From IMG/VR virus record IMGVR_UViG_3300030503_000396: a DNA stretch of 20,000 nucleotides. One strand, written 5' to 3'. This DNA is from an uncultured virus (IMG/VR IMGVR_UViG_3300030503_000396). Taxonomy: Duplodnaviria > Heunggongvirae > Uroviricota > Caudoviricetes. The notes under the pieces were generated by a model that ran no database searches, had not been told where the DNA came from, and saw nothing but the letters and a program-made list of their open reading frames with translations. Made by a program: the position numbers and the translations under genes. Below are positions 1 to 7,721 of the stretch, piece after piece. Each line of letters begins with the position of its first letter. The stretch's first letter is position 1.

Positions 1-2
1 TT

Positions 3-674
3 ACAGCAGGCAATCTTGTTTTACAGAGCAGGGCTACAGGTGCAAATAGGGATATTGTATTTGTCGGCAACACTACACCAGTGGCGCAGGCTGAAATTTA
101 CGGAGCAACGGGTGATTTTCAAGTAGGTGGCACGGCCGGAACGGATGCAGGGTATGGTGCCTACATCGGTAAGAACGGCATTAATGGATATTTTTATGGG
201 AGTCCCAATGTAAGTATTAATACAAGTGGCAATCTTACATTAGGTGGTATTCCAACGGCTCCAACAGCCGCAGTAGCAACCAATACAACACAAATAGCAA
301 CAATGGCTGCTATACAGGCGGCTATCGCTTTAACACCACAGATAAAAGGAACGGCAGATTTAACTTCTCAAAGTGCAGCAGGTAATATAACCACATTCAC
401 TGTAGGGGCTTCCACGGCTACTTTTGATGTGTCGGGGTATATAAACGTTACTGCGGTTACAACTGATGTTATAGAGGCTCAAATAACCTACACAGATGAG
501 AATAGCACTGCTCAAACAATAACATTAAGCAGCATAAGCGCAATAGGAAATAATTCATTTAGCAGTGGTAAAATCAGGTGTAAAAATGGTACTGTTATTA
601 CAGCTAAAACAACATTAACAACTGGGATTGGTAGTATAACGTTTGATGCCGGTGCAAGAATTGTAATGTATTAA
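3..674 (+). CDS. Tail fibre/tail-associated protein, C-terminal part (starts before the window)
   Basis: The frame is open from base 3 (TAGNLVLQSRATG...), so the 81 start is probably internal. G/T/A/S-rich, with a phage tail-fibre repeat-like segment GIPTAPTAAVATNTTQIAT. Confidence 0.75.
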   Translation, partial: TAGNLVLQSRATGANRDIVFVGNTTPVAQAEIYGATGDFQVGGTAGTDAGYGAYIGKNGINGYFYGSPNVSINTSGNLTLGGIPTAPTAAVATNTTQIATMAAIQAAIALTPQIKGTADLTSQSAAGNITTFTVGASTATFDVSGYINVTAVTTDVIEAQITYTDENSTAQTITLSSISAIGNNSFSSGKIRCKNGTVITAKTTLTTGIGSITFDAGARIVMY

Positions 675-692
675 TCCTTTAAAAAACATATC

Positions 693-809
693 ATGGCAAA
701 GAAAAAAACAACAAAAGTCGCACAACCGAAAGAAAACCCACCTCCGAAATGTCCGCAGGGACAGGTATGGAGTCAATCATTACAGAAATGTGTTGATGAC
801 GTGGGCTGA
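693..809 (+). CDS. 38-aa peptide with a two-Cys motif (not in ORF track)
   Basis: MAKKKTTKVAQPKENPPPKCPQGQVWSQSLQKCVDDVG*. A-rich leader; fills the gap between the 674 stop and the 814 start. Confidence 0.65.
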   Translation: MAKKKTTKVAQPKENPPPKCPQGQVWSQSLQKCVDDVG

Positions 810-813
810 TAAT

Positions 814-1182
814 ATGAAATGGGGTGTTTTAAGCCTACTTGCACTCTTGATTAATGTGGGGGTGTATGAAGTATATCTATACGAATTATTCTTTGGTACG
901 TGGGAGATGAGGGTTATTAAGGGTCTATTCTACCTGACAACGGCAATCATTTTGTCATTCCTGACTTATTTTGATATATTTGGTTATAAATCATGCTCTC
1001 AATTTGAGATCAATACCATTTGTAAATTCTCTTTGATTATAAACTTTTTATTTTTTGCTCTAACACTATATGATATTTTGCCCAACCATAGATTATATTT
1101 ATACACCTTTAACGGCACGATATTGGTAGCATCAATAGCAATCTTATATTTTGGCGTTAAATATGAAACTTTCGAGGATTGA
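814..1182 (+). CDS. Membrane protein with about 4 TM helices
   Basis: ATG at 814 (MKWGVLSLL...); four hydrophobic segments. Confidence 0.7.
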   Translation: MKWGVLSLLALLINVGVYEVYLYELFFGTWEMRVIKGLFYLTTAIILSFLTYFDIFGYKSCSQFEINTICKFSLIINFLFFALTLYDILPNHRLYLYTFNGTILVASIAILYFGVKYETFED

Positions 1183-1186
1183 TACA

Positions 1187-1483
1187 ATGACAGATACACC
1201 ACCTCCACTCTTTGATTGGTCTACGCTAATAGAGGTGTTTACACCGTGTATAACCATTTTGATAGCTTTTTTTAAGTATATTGATGTTTACTTTAAATCC
1301 AAAAAGGAGGAAAAGACGGAATTTATAGAAAAGATTGCGGAGGCTTCTGTGAACAAAACTTTAGATAAGGTATTTGCAGATCAAAATAGCAAAATTAGCA
1401 CGTTGTTTGAATATCGTGAGAGTGATAGAAAGCATTGGGATGATAGATTTGATGGGATTATGAATAAATTAGGAAAATTGTAG
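1187..1483 (+). CDS. Single-TM protein with charged helical tail (holin-like/lysis-associated candidate)
   Basis: ATG at 1187; one hydrophobic helix followed by a K/E-rich region; lies upstream of the endolysin. Confidence 0.55.
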   Translation: MTDTPPPLFDWSTLIEVFTPCITILIAFFKYIDVYFKSKKEEKTEFIEKIAEASVNKTLDKVFADQNSKISTLFEYRESDRKHWDDRFDGIMNKLGKL

Positions 1484-1565
1484 TAGGTCTTATACCATGA
1501 AACCAAAACACAACATCAGAATTTTAATAGCAACGGGATATTTCTAACACATATAATCTCCAAAA

Positions 1566-1643
1566 ATGATAGCTATAACTATAATTGTTTTAGTGTTATT
1601 ATGCTCTGCCACACTATTTATGAGTAACGGTAAAAAACCATGA
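1566..1643 (+). CDS. 25-aa hydrophobic peptide (not in ORF track)
   Basis: MIAITIIVLVLLCSATLFMSNGKKP*; ATGA overlap with the 1640 start. Confidence 0.45.
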   Translation: MIAITIIVLVLLCSATLFMSNGKKP

Positions 1644-1837
1644 AATCACTTGTCAGACTGATTTTCATTACGATTTTAGTTTGGCTTGCCCTTGTGTTAG
1701 GCTTGCATTATTTGGCTGGGATGAAAGATATTAAAACACGAAAATCGCACATTTGGATATATAAATATTTTCATAGAATTGGATTTAAAGAATATCTTTG
1801 TTTTATAAATTACGTAAAAAATGAAAAAACCACTTAG
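1640..1837 (+). CDS. Small membrane protein
   Basis: N-terminal TM helix and basic tail; overlaps both neighbours. Confidence 0.5.
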   Translation: MKSLVRLIFITILVWLALVLGLHYLAGMKDIKTRKSHIWIYKYFHRIGFKEYLCFINYVKNEKTT

Positions 1838-2420
1838 AATAATCTGCCAACTTATTGCTTGGCTTATGCTTATTATAAATGCTGAATGGTGTAATGGGCA
1901 GCAAGTCAAACACGTATATCCCGGCTTCACAACCTACTGGAACACAAAAACACTTATCCCTGATAGTGTGGTATATTTTGCTAAACCACATAAGAAAGTT
2001 GCACCCCGTTTGCCCTCATTCCACGTTGTTGGTAATATGGTTAACGAAGATAGGGATTATGCCAAATCGGGCTACGATCAAGGTCATTTATGTAACGCCT
2101 CGGACGAAAACGGGTCGGTAACCGATGAATACAACTCATTCGGTCAAGACAATATATTCCCCCAAACACCACAAGACAACCGATTAACTTGGCTTGCTAT
2201 TGAAAATTACGTAAGGCAATTAGCTGTTAAATACGGTTCAGTAAAAGTTAAGATATATTGGCAAGGCATTGAGGGTTATATGGGAATTGATAGGGTAACA
2301 ATACCTGCTAACTGCATTAAAGAAATTTGGTACTCAAATCATTATGAAAAATGGGTCGTGCCTAACACCACAACCGTTAATAGTAAACTTTTTACGACCT
2401 ATGAGGTTGTTAAGAATTAG
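1821..2420 (+). CDS. DNA/RNA non-specific endonuclease (NucA/EndoG-type His-Me finger) with N-terminal signal peptide or anchor
   Basis: DYAKSGYDQGHL matches the DRGH motif; NIFPQ...NRLTWLAIENYVR supplies the metal-binding Asn/Glu helix; basic then hydrophobic N-terminus. Confidence 0.85.
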   Translation: MKKPLRIICQLIAWLMLIINAEWCNGQQVKHVYPGFTTYWNTKTLIPDSVVYFAKPHKKVAPRLPSFHVVGNMVNEDRDYAKSGYDQGHLCNASDENGSVTDEYNSFGQDNIFPQTPQDNRLTWLAIENYVRQLAVKYGSVKVKIYWQGIEGYMGIDRVTIPANCIKEIWYSNHYEKWVVPNTTTVNSKLFTTYEVVKN

Positions 2421-2524
2421 CGAACATACGATATGACAACAATGGGGATATTTATAGTAAAGCTTGATTTCGGAACTATAACTATTAAAACGGGTAAATG
2501 AACCGTAAATTTAAGACATAAAAC

Positions 2525-2905
2525 ATGCAGGTCACAGTGAATAGGTTAACCCAAACCAAAGATGATACAATTAGTGCAGTTGAAATAAATGGTAGATTGA
2601 AATATTACGGCCTTGAAATTCTTAAATGTATTCCGCCCGGCACCTATCCCTTAACCCGTTATTTTTCACCTGATCATAACTTTTACGTACCACTTGTTAA
2701 TAACGTTCCCGGTTTTGAGGGCATAGAATTACATATAGCAAACACCGTAAAAGATGTAAAAGGTTGTTTAGGATTAGCCGATAATATAGAAAGTTTAGAA
2801 GACATAACAAATTCATGGGTGGCTGTAACCGAATTTTATACGGCTTTTTTTGCTGATTGTGCCGATGGGATTGAAAGTACAATAACTTATGTAGATTTAT
2901 TTTGA
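2525..2905 (+). CDS. DUF5675 family protein (L,D-transpeptidase-like fold, lysis-region protein)
   Basis: Motifs CIPPGTY, VPGFEGIELHIAN, DVKGCL (His...Gly-Cys). Confidence 0.8.
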   Translation: MQVTVNRLTQTKDDTISAVEINGRLKYYGLEILKCIPPGTYPLTRYFSPDHNFYVPLVNNVPGFEGIELHIANTVKDVKGCLGLADNIESLEDITNSWVAVTEFYTAFFADCADGIESTITYVDLF

Positions 2906-2928
2906 ACAGAAAATTTAGAAATAAACTT

Positions 2929-3477
2929 ATGGCAAACTTTAACGAAGCGCAGGCAATAACAGGTAAAACTGAATATGGGTATAATCCGGGTATTGGAGAA
3001 GCGCAAACAATAAATGGGGTTGACAGGTCGCAAAATCCTAAATGGCAGGGATGGACTATTGTTGACAATATATTGAATAGATGCCCACAATTAACGCCAC
3101 ATCAATTAAATCTTATTTTTGATGCCGATACCGAACTACAAAACATGATACTATCTTTCTTTAAGGTAAATTACTGGGATGTTTTATCACTGGACGAGGT
3201 GAACGATCAACAAGTCGCCAACACATGCTACGATTGTTCAATTAATCAAGGATCAGGAATTGCAGCACGTTTTATGCAGATTGCTTGTAACGCATTGCAT
3301 GTACCTGTAATTGTAGATGGACAAATAGGCAGTAAAACACTTGCGGCCATTAACTCAATCAATCCTGTGGCTTATTACGACGAAATAAATACTTTACGTG
3401 AAGCGAGGTATAAAGCAAGTAACAATAAAGAATGGATTGCTGATTGGCTCTCCCGCCTCACTCCCTATATTTCCTAA
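2929..3477 (+). CDS. Endolysin, glycoside hydrolase family 108, with peptidoglycan-binding C-terminus
   Basis: MANF..A...TEYGY (EGGY-like), T.NGV.R..NPKWQGW, FFKVNYWD, YDCSINQG, VDGQIGSKTLAAIN, WLSR. Confidence 0.85.
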   Translation: MANFNEAQAITGKTEYGYNPGIGEAQTINGVDRSQNPKWQGWTIVDNILNRCPQLTPHQLNLIFDADTELQNMILSFFKVNYWDVLSLDEVNDQQVANTCYDCSINQGSGIAARFMQIACNALHVPVIVDGQIGSKTLAAINSINPVAYYDEINTLREARYKASNNKEWIADWLSRLTPYIS

Positions 3478-3508
3478 AAAAGCCGGAATATCCGAAGATA
3501 GACCGGCT
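3476..3508 (-). terminator. Intrinsic terminator with C(UUCG)G loop
   Basis: Minus strand AGCCGG-uc-UAUC-UUCG-GAUA-uu-CCGGCU then UUUUU; sits between convergent genes. Confidence 0.8.
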
Positions 3509-3534
3509 AAGAACCGAAAGGCACAACCACGAGC

Positions 3535-4173
3535 CTAATCGGTGGTTTCTTTTGGCTTACCTATCAATCCCATCAACTCATCACACAATAATTCAGGCAT
3601 TTTGCTGCGTTCGTAACTGCCTTTTTTACCTTGTGTGCCTGTTTTGCTTCCTCTTGGAGCCGGTTGGTGGTGACAGCCCTTATTTCCATTATGGCAAACA
3701 GGCTTTGGTGTCCAGTCTAAATTAGTCCATATATCGGTCGGCTTTGCCCTATCATCTCCGTATTGGCAATACCAAATTGTATACCGAGGCAATGGCAACA
3801 TGAATGGCATTTTACGAAGCATACCACGAGGATTTTCAATTGTGAACGTTATATTAGGATTTAGCTTTTGGTAATATTCAATTAGTTTTAACACATTTTG
3901 ATTAACTCTATCACATTTTTTAGCATAATCACTTTTAGGTTCTATGTCATTCCTATGTGTGCTTATTGCTGCTATGGTATAGGTGGTGCAATCAAACGAG
4001 GCGTGGATATGGTCAGGAACAAATTTTATTAGATCTGGAGTTAAATATTCAATATCTATTTCCATATTAATATCTTCGTATGCAGTCCAATCTACGCTAA
4101 ATACTTCGTGACCTAATTTTTCGGCTGCTTTACCAATACACCGAGAACCGGCGAATAATTCTAATACTTTCAT
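3535..4173 (-). CDS. Short phage-type DNA (cytosine-5) methyltransferase
   Basis: Motif I LELFAGS, motif IV-like ASFDCTTY, motif VI IENP, and YCQYG...KPTDIW. Confidence 0.8.
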   Translation of the reverse strand: MKVLELFAGSRCIGKAAEKLGHEVFSVDWTAYEDINMEIDIEYLTPDLIKFVPDHIHASFDCTTYTIAAISTHRNDIEPKSDYAKKCDRVNQNVLKLIEYYQKLNPNITFTIENPRGMLRKMPFMLPLPRYTIWYCQYGDDRAKPTDIWTNLDWTPKPVCHNGNKGCHHQPAPRGSKTGTQGKKGSYERSKMPELLCDELMGLIGKPKETTD

Positions 4174-4194
4174 TTTTGTGGTTGTTTTAAACCC

Positions 4195-4251
4195 CTAATC
4201 TACAAAATCCTTTTCAAATTTGCAAATGTGGGGGGATGGGTGGTATATTTG
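4195..4251. promoter_or_regulatory. Overlapping divergent Bacteroidota-type promoters
   Basis: Plus strand: TTTG (4219-4222), 21 nt, TATATTTG (4244-4251). Minus strand: TTTG, 20 nt, TAGATTAG (4202-4195) toward the MTase. Confidence 0.7.
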
Positions 4252-4256
4252 CAACA

Positions 4257-4407
4257 AGCATGGGTGCTGAAACGGGGCTATGTATTACGGTACACCTTTT
4301 AGTAGGCACTTAGCACCACACACACACACCAAAGCAACGGCGGCTAAACCGTAAAGGCTGTGTAAATTAGCGGTTATGGGTACTTGGCGTACACGACCGC
4401 TTTTTTA
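4257..4407 (+). ncRNA. Candidate ~150-nt structured sRNA or attenuator leader
   Basis: Bounded by a consensus promoter and a terminator hairpin (4369-4401 plus U6); internal stems 4263-4270/4310-4317 and 4337-4340/4349-4352; (CA)6 linker. Confidence 0.5.
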
Positions 4408-4434
4408 TTTCGGGATAATTTTGTAGGTTTGGGG

Positions 4435-4737
4435 ATGAAACAATCATGGCTTGCAGATAACATTAAGAGCGTTACAGGGCTTATAATAATTATAGGTGTA
4501 ATTGTTTACCTTTTTATGGTAACGTTAATCACAACCGATACAACGGTTCATAGCCAGGCTTTAATAGCCATGGTATCTTTGGGAACTGCGGTTGTATCAT
4601 ACTACTATGGTTACTCTCAAGGCGCAAGTAAAAAAGACGATGCAGCAGCCAATTTAGCGGCAAACAGCCAAACCACAACAACCGCCACCACGGTTACGCC
4701 TGTTAACCAGCCTACTGATAATGCGCCGACGGCTTAG
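4435..4737 (+). CDS. Holin-like 2-TM protein
   Basis: ATG at 4435; two TM helices followed by VVSYYYGYSQGASKKD (similar to the YYFGSS.GS..K motif of phage holin-like proteins); Thr-rich tail. Confidence 0.65.
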   Translation: MKQSWLADNIKSVTGLIIIIGVIVYLFMVTLITTDTTVHSQALIAMVSLGTAVVSYYYGYSQGASKKDDAAANLAANSQTTTTATTVTPVNQPTDNAPTA

Positions 4738-4741
4738 TGAG

Positions 4742-5368
4742 TTAAGGCATAGTACCGAGGGTAGCTATTTCAATGGCTATTTTATTGGCGTTCTTAATTT
4801 TACGCTGTAACTTAACCAATTCATCTGGGCTAACTTCCATTAATCGGTAATTAAGGAATTGTATATAGCTATGTAGCATCAAGCCGCCTTTTTCTTGGTT
4901 ACATTCAAAGCAACAAGGTTTTATTATTTTACCGCCCTTACTTTTTGGTATAACATGCTCACGTGTTTTATGGGTAGGGTCTTTGATATGATTATACGTT
5001 AATTGCACCTCGCAATAACAACAGCGCCCATAGTCTTTTTGGTAATTTACTTTTTTAGGGGCTATATAAGCAACCGATAATTTAGACTTTATCTCTTTTA
5101 TTTCATTATTAATCGCTATTTTATGAACCGCCCTATTTGGCCTGCCTATACCTAAAAACTCAACATCATGGTGCATTTTAAGTATGGCTAAATCCTGCGA
5201 TGCTTTGAAGTACCACTTCTCTCCGTCAACTAAATATACAAACCATTCATCTAATTCAACTGGCTGCGTTTTGCTAAATAGCTTATTTCGCCTATCCTCA
5301 TTGCGCTGGGCTTTGTTTTTAGGTTTGAAAGCAGGTATATTGTCAAAAAGTCTTTCTATATCGCTCAT
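4742..5368 (-). CDS. HNH endonuclease (C-terminal Zn-binding HNH domain)
   Basis: RCCYC...TREHVIPKSKGG...CCFECNQEKG. Confidence 0.85.
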   Translation of the reverse strand: MSDIERLFDNIPAFKPKNKAQRNEDRRNKLFSKTQPVELDEWFVYLVDGEKWYFKASQDLAILKMHHDVEFLGIGRPNRAVHKIAINNEIKEIKSKLSVAYIAPKKVNYQKDYGRCCYCEVQLTYNHIKDPTHKTREHVIPKSKGGKIIKPCCFECNQEKGGLMLHSYIQFLNYRLMEVSPDELVKLQRKIKNANKIAIEIATLGTMP

Positions 5369-5384
5369 AGTTTAGTTTTTTCTT

Positions 5385-5412
5385 TAAAAAGCCGCCCCTT
5401 TCGGAACGGCTT
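5385..5412 (-). terminator. Intrinsic terminator with GAAA tetraloop
   Basis: Minus strand AAGCCGUUCC-GAAA-GGGGCGGCUU-UUU; the G-U pairs work only on the minus strand. Confidence 0.8.
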
Positions 5413-5589
5413 AAAAAGTGTGAGGGTAAGGGTCTCAATAAACAGCGCCAAGTACAATGCCGCTTATAGGCTTTAAATGGATTTCCGCCCATCCTGTTTA
5501 CCCATCCATAAAATAACGCATCCTTACATGCTGCACTCGCTGAATTGCTTCGTGGCTGTACCATTTTACTTTCGGCACTTTTGTTTTTT

Positions 5590-5665
5590 AAAAAAGGGCA
5601 TCCATCGCAGACTTTACTGCCAAAACGTTTTAACTTACCATTGTATGGTATATGGATGCCTTTTT
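5590..5665 (-). ncRNA. Multibranched stem-loop ending in a U tract
   Basis: Closing stem GGCATCCAT (5597-5605)/ATGGATGCC (5652-5660) encloses GCAG/CTGC, the palindrome AAAACGTTTT and TACCA/TGGTA. Confidence 0.5.
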
Positions 5666-5687
5666 ATCTTACTTCGCCAATATCGGC

Positions 5688-6167
5688 TTAACCCGCAGAA
5701 AACAACGGTTTAACCAAATCCAAATAAACGTATTTTACCACGTTCATGGCGATAGTTATTTCATTGCCGCCATTTAATATGGTTGCGGCTATACTTGCAC
5801 CTGCGTTGCATATATCAGCCCAATAACCGCCTAAGCCGCCTAAATATCCTTGCAAGGCAGTTAATAAAGCCGTGCCGCTCGATGTGTCTGCAATGGCTAT
5901 ATTAAAGGCTTTGGCAAGCCCCGCCATTACACTGATAACATCTGCTTCATTTATGCCAAACTTTGCTGTAATGGCAGCTAATACGGTTGCATAGGGGCCA
6001 GTTAGGTCTGCATTAATTGTGGCAAGTATGCCCGAGCCGTTTTTTAATGCCGCCTGTACTTCGGGGCTAAGTTTTTTGTAGGCTGCTTCTGCCTTGTTAA
6101 AAATTGATGTTACATCTTCTGCCAGTTCTTTAGGCAGGTCTTCGATGAATGTTAGTACGTTGCTCAT
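5688..6167 (-). CDS. Ala-rich amphipathic helical hypothetical protein
   Basis: 159-aa ORF with A-rich leader; no recognised motif. Confidence 0.75.
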   Translation of the reverse strand: MSNVLTFIEDLPKELAEDVTSIFNKAEAAYKKLSPEVQAALKNGSGILATINADLTGPYATVLAAITAKFGINEADVISVMAGLAKAFNIAIADTSSGTALLTALQGYLGGLGGYWADICNAGASIAATILNGGNEITIAMNVVKYVYLDLVKPLFSAG

Positions 6168-6202
6168 TTTATTTTTAACGGCTACCTATACGCCGATGGG
6201 TG

Positions 6203-6409
6203 TTAGTTAATGTAAATTGTTTTGATAGCTTTTGGTAATGTTTGAATTAGCTTATAAGCTTCTTGCCTATCTGCTCGTTTTTGTGATTGTTTTTTAACTT
6301 TATCGTTCTTGCCTTCGGTTTCTTTTAGCAATGATAATATAGTTATTTCAATTCCACTCGGTATTCTGCCTGCTTTGGTTAATCGCCCTGTATAATGCGC
6401 AACTTTCAT
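6203..6409 (-). CDS. Small basic hypothetical protein
   Basis: ORF with A-rich leader, downstream of a TAACTTTA promoter-like element (6459-6452). Confidence 0.55.
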   Translation of the reverse strand: MKVAHYTGRLTKAGRIPSGIEITILSLLKETEGKNDKVKKQSQKRADRQEAYKLIQTLPKAIKTIYIN

Positions 6410-6468
6410 ATTCTTTATAACCGCATTTTCAGGCGGTCGGCTGTTTTTATGTAAAGTTAAATATTTAT

Positions 6469-6657
6469 TTAATGATTTGTAACCGCCCTTATGCTATCAA
6501 CCCTAATCACACTATCCAAACTCTTTTCAAAGCGGTCGGTTACAGGTTGTATCGGCTGATATTTCGGATGATACTGTAACCATACCGCTAAACAGCATAT
6601 TAGGATTGCCATTAGGATCAAGGCGTTTTTGTTGGTGAAGATGCGGGAATTGTTCAT
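6469..6657 (-). CDS. Single-TM hypothetical protein
   Basis: Likely start at 6657 (MNNSRIFTNKNALILMAILICCLAVW); the longer track ORF extends into AT-rich intergenic DNA. Confidence 0.55.
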   Translation of the reverse strand: MNNSRIFTNKNALILMAILICCLAVWLQYHPKYQPIQPVTDRFEKSLDSVIRVDSIRAVTNH

Positions 6658-6773
6658 TTGATTAATATGGTTAGTAAAGCAAACAGATTTAATATTGCTA
6701 AAATAAAGGATAAAAAAAATAAAAATGATTTTAACAGCTACTGTTAATAAACGGTCTAAAGTGGTAAAATGGT

Positions 6774-6971
6774 TCATATCAATTGGTTTAATTCGTTTAA
6801 CAATATCTTGGCTTGTAAGAGGCACCGACTAATTGGTATATATCCTTCTGTTTCTTCGTTTTCAGTATATGCTTCATCAATCAGTGCAATCACCGAACTT
6901 ACCCTATCATTCAAAGTCGGCACCTTGGCTTTTACTATTTCGCCGTTTATTAGTTTGGAACCTTTTTTCAT
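6774..6971 (-). CDS. Hypothetical protein
   Basis: Last gene of the tightly packed leftward run. Confidence 0.6.
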   Translation of the reverse strand: MKKGSKLINGEIVKAKVPTLNDRVSSVIALIDEAYTENEETEGYIPISRCLLQAKILLNELNQLI

Positions 6972-7059
6972 TTTATTGTATCAGGTAAAATTAAAGTTGT
7001 TCCATCAATATATAATACTGCACCATCTTTGGATGGTAGTGTTAAATCATGCGTGTAGG

Positions 7060-7224
7060 TTACGCTTCATGGTTTAATTCTTTTAAAGTTGGTAAATAGC
7101 CGAATTGTATTCTTACAAATGGAAGTATAATGTTGTGAGTGTAACCACCGGGTATAACCTCGTAAACATCTTTCCAGTAACCTATCCCGATTATTGGAGC
7201 TAATTTTATGTGAAATGTTTTCAT
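7060..7224 (-). CDS. 54-aa hypothetical protein (not in ORF track)
   Basis: MKTFHIKLAPIIGIGYWKDVYEVIPGGYTHNIILPFVRIQFGYLPTLKELNHEA*; starts 1 nt after the 7226 stop. Confidence 0.6.
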   Translation of the reverse strand: MKTFHIKLAPIIGIGYWKDVYEVIPGGYTHNIILPFVRIQFGYLPTLKELNHEA

Positions 7225-7225
7225 T

Positions 7226-7468
7226 TTAAGCGTTCTCCTCCATTTGTTTTACAAAGGCTTCGTATTCATCATCGGTTAATTGTAATAACGTAATAGATAT
7301 GCGAGGTCTGCCATATTCAGGCTCAAAGTTCGGCTCGAAATGCCCCCATTCATCCTCGATAGCCTCTAATTGGCTTTTAATATCGCTAAACTCACAAATA
7401 GTCCACGTGTATTCTAAAGCGCAATTGATAAACTTTATTCGGGTGTAGTTTTTGGTTTCTTCGCTCAT
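7226..7468 (-). CDS. Acidic hypothetical protein
   Basis: ATGA overlap with the upstream gene. Confidence 0.7.
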   Translation of the reverse strand: MSEETKNYTRIKFINCALEYTWTICEFSDIKSQLEAIEDEWGHFEPNFEPEYGRPRISITLLQLTDDEYEAFVKQMEENA

Positions 7469-7719
7469 ATCTTTAATTTTAAAATGGATTGTTTGTCGAC
7501 CTGTATATTATCAGCACCCGATTGATGGTGTTTAGTTGGGTAATTATTCTTGGTGTATCCGTCATGGTAGACCATTGTTGCGCTCTCCGCAGCATCTTCA
7601 ATAGCCCTGTTGTATGCAAGTTGCATGGCTGTGATAATCTCATCATGTGTGTAAGAACGGATACTTTTATAACCTAACCTATCCTCCAACAACTTTTCTA
7701 TTTTCTCTTTCGGTGTCAT
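7465..7719 (-). CDS. Hypothetical phage protein
   Basis: MTPKEKIE...AYNRAIEDAAESA...VDKQSILKLK; packed within the operon. Confidence 0.7.
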   Translation of the reverse strand: MTPKEKIEKLLEDRLGYKSIRSYTHDEIITAMQLAYNRAIEDAAESATMVYHDGYTKNNYPTKHHQSGADNIQVDKQSILKLKI

Positions 7720-7721
7720 AA

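Noticed and set aside
4263..4320. tRNA (acceptor-like stem ending near CACCA)
   Set aside because: The interior is only about 40 nt with no T-loop or D-loop consensus.
5343..5713. Track ORFs 5343..5564 and 5477..5713 as genes
   Set aside because: Atypical composition, and they run through terminator hairpins; the region is better explained as structured RNA.
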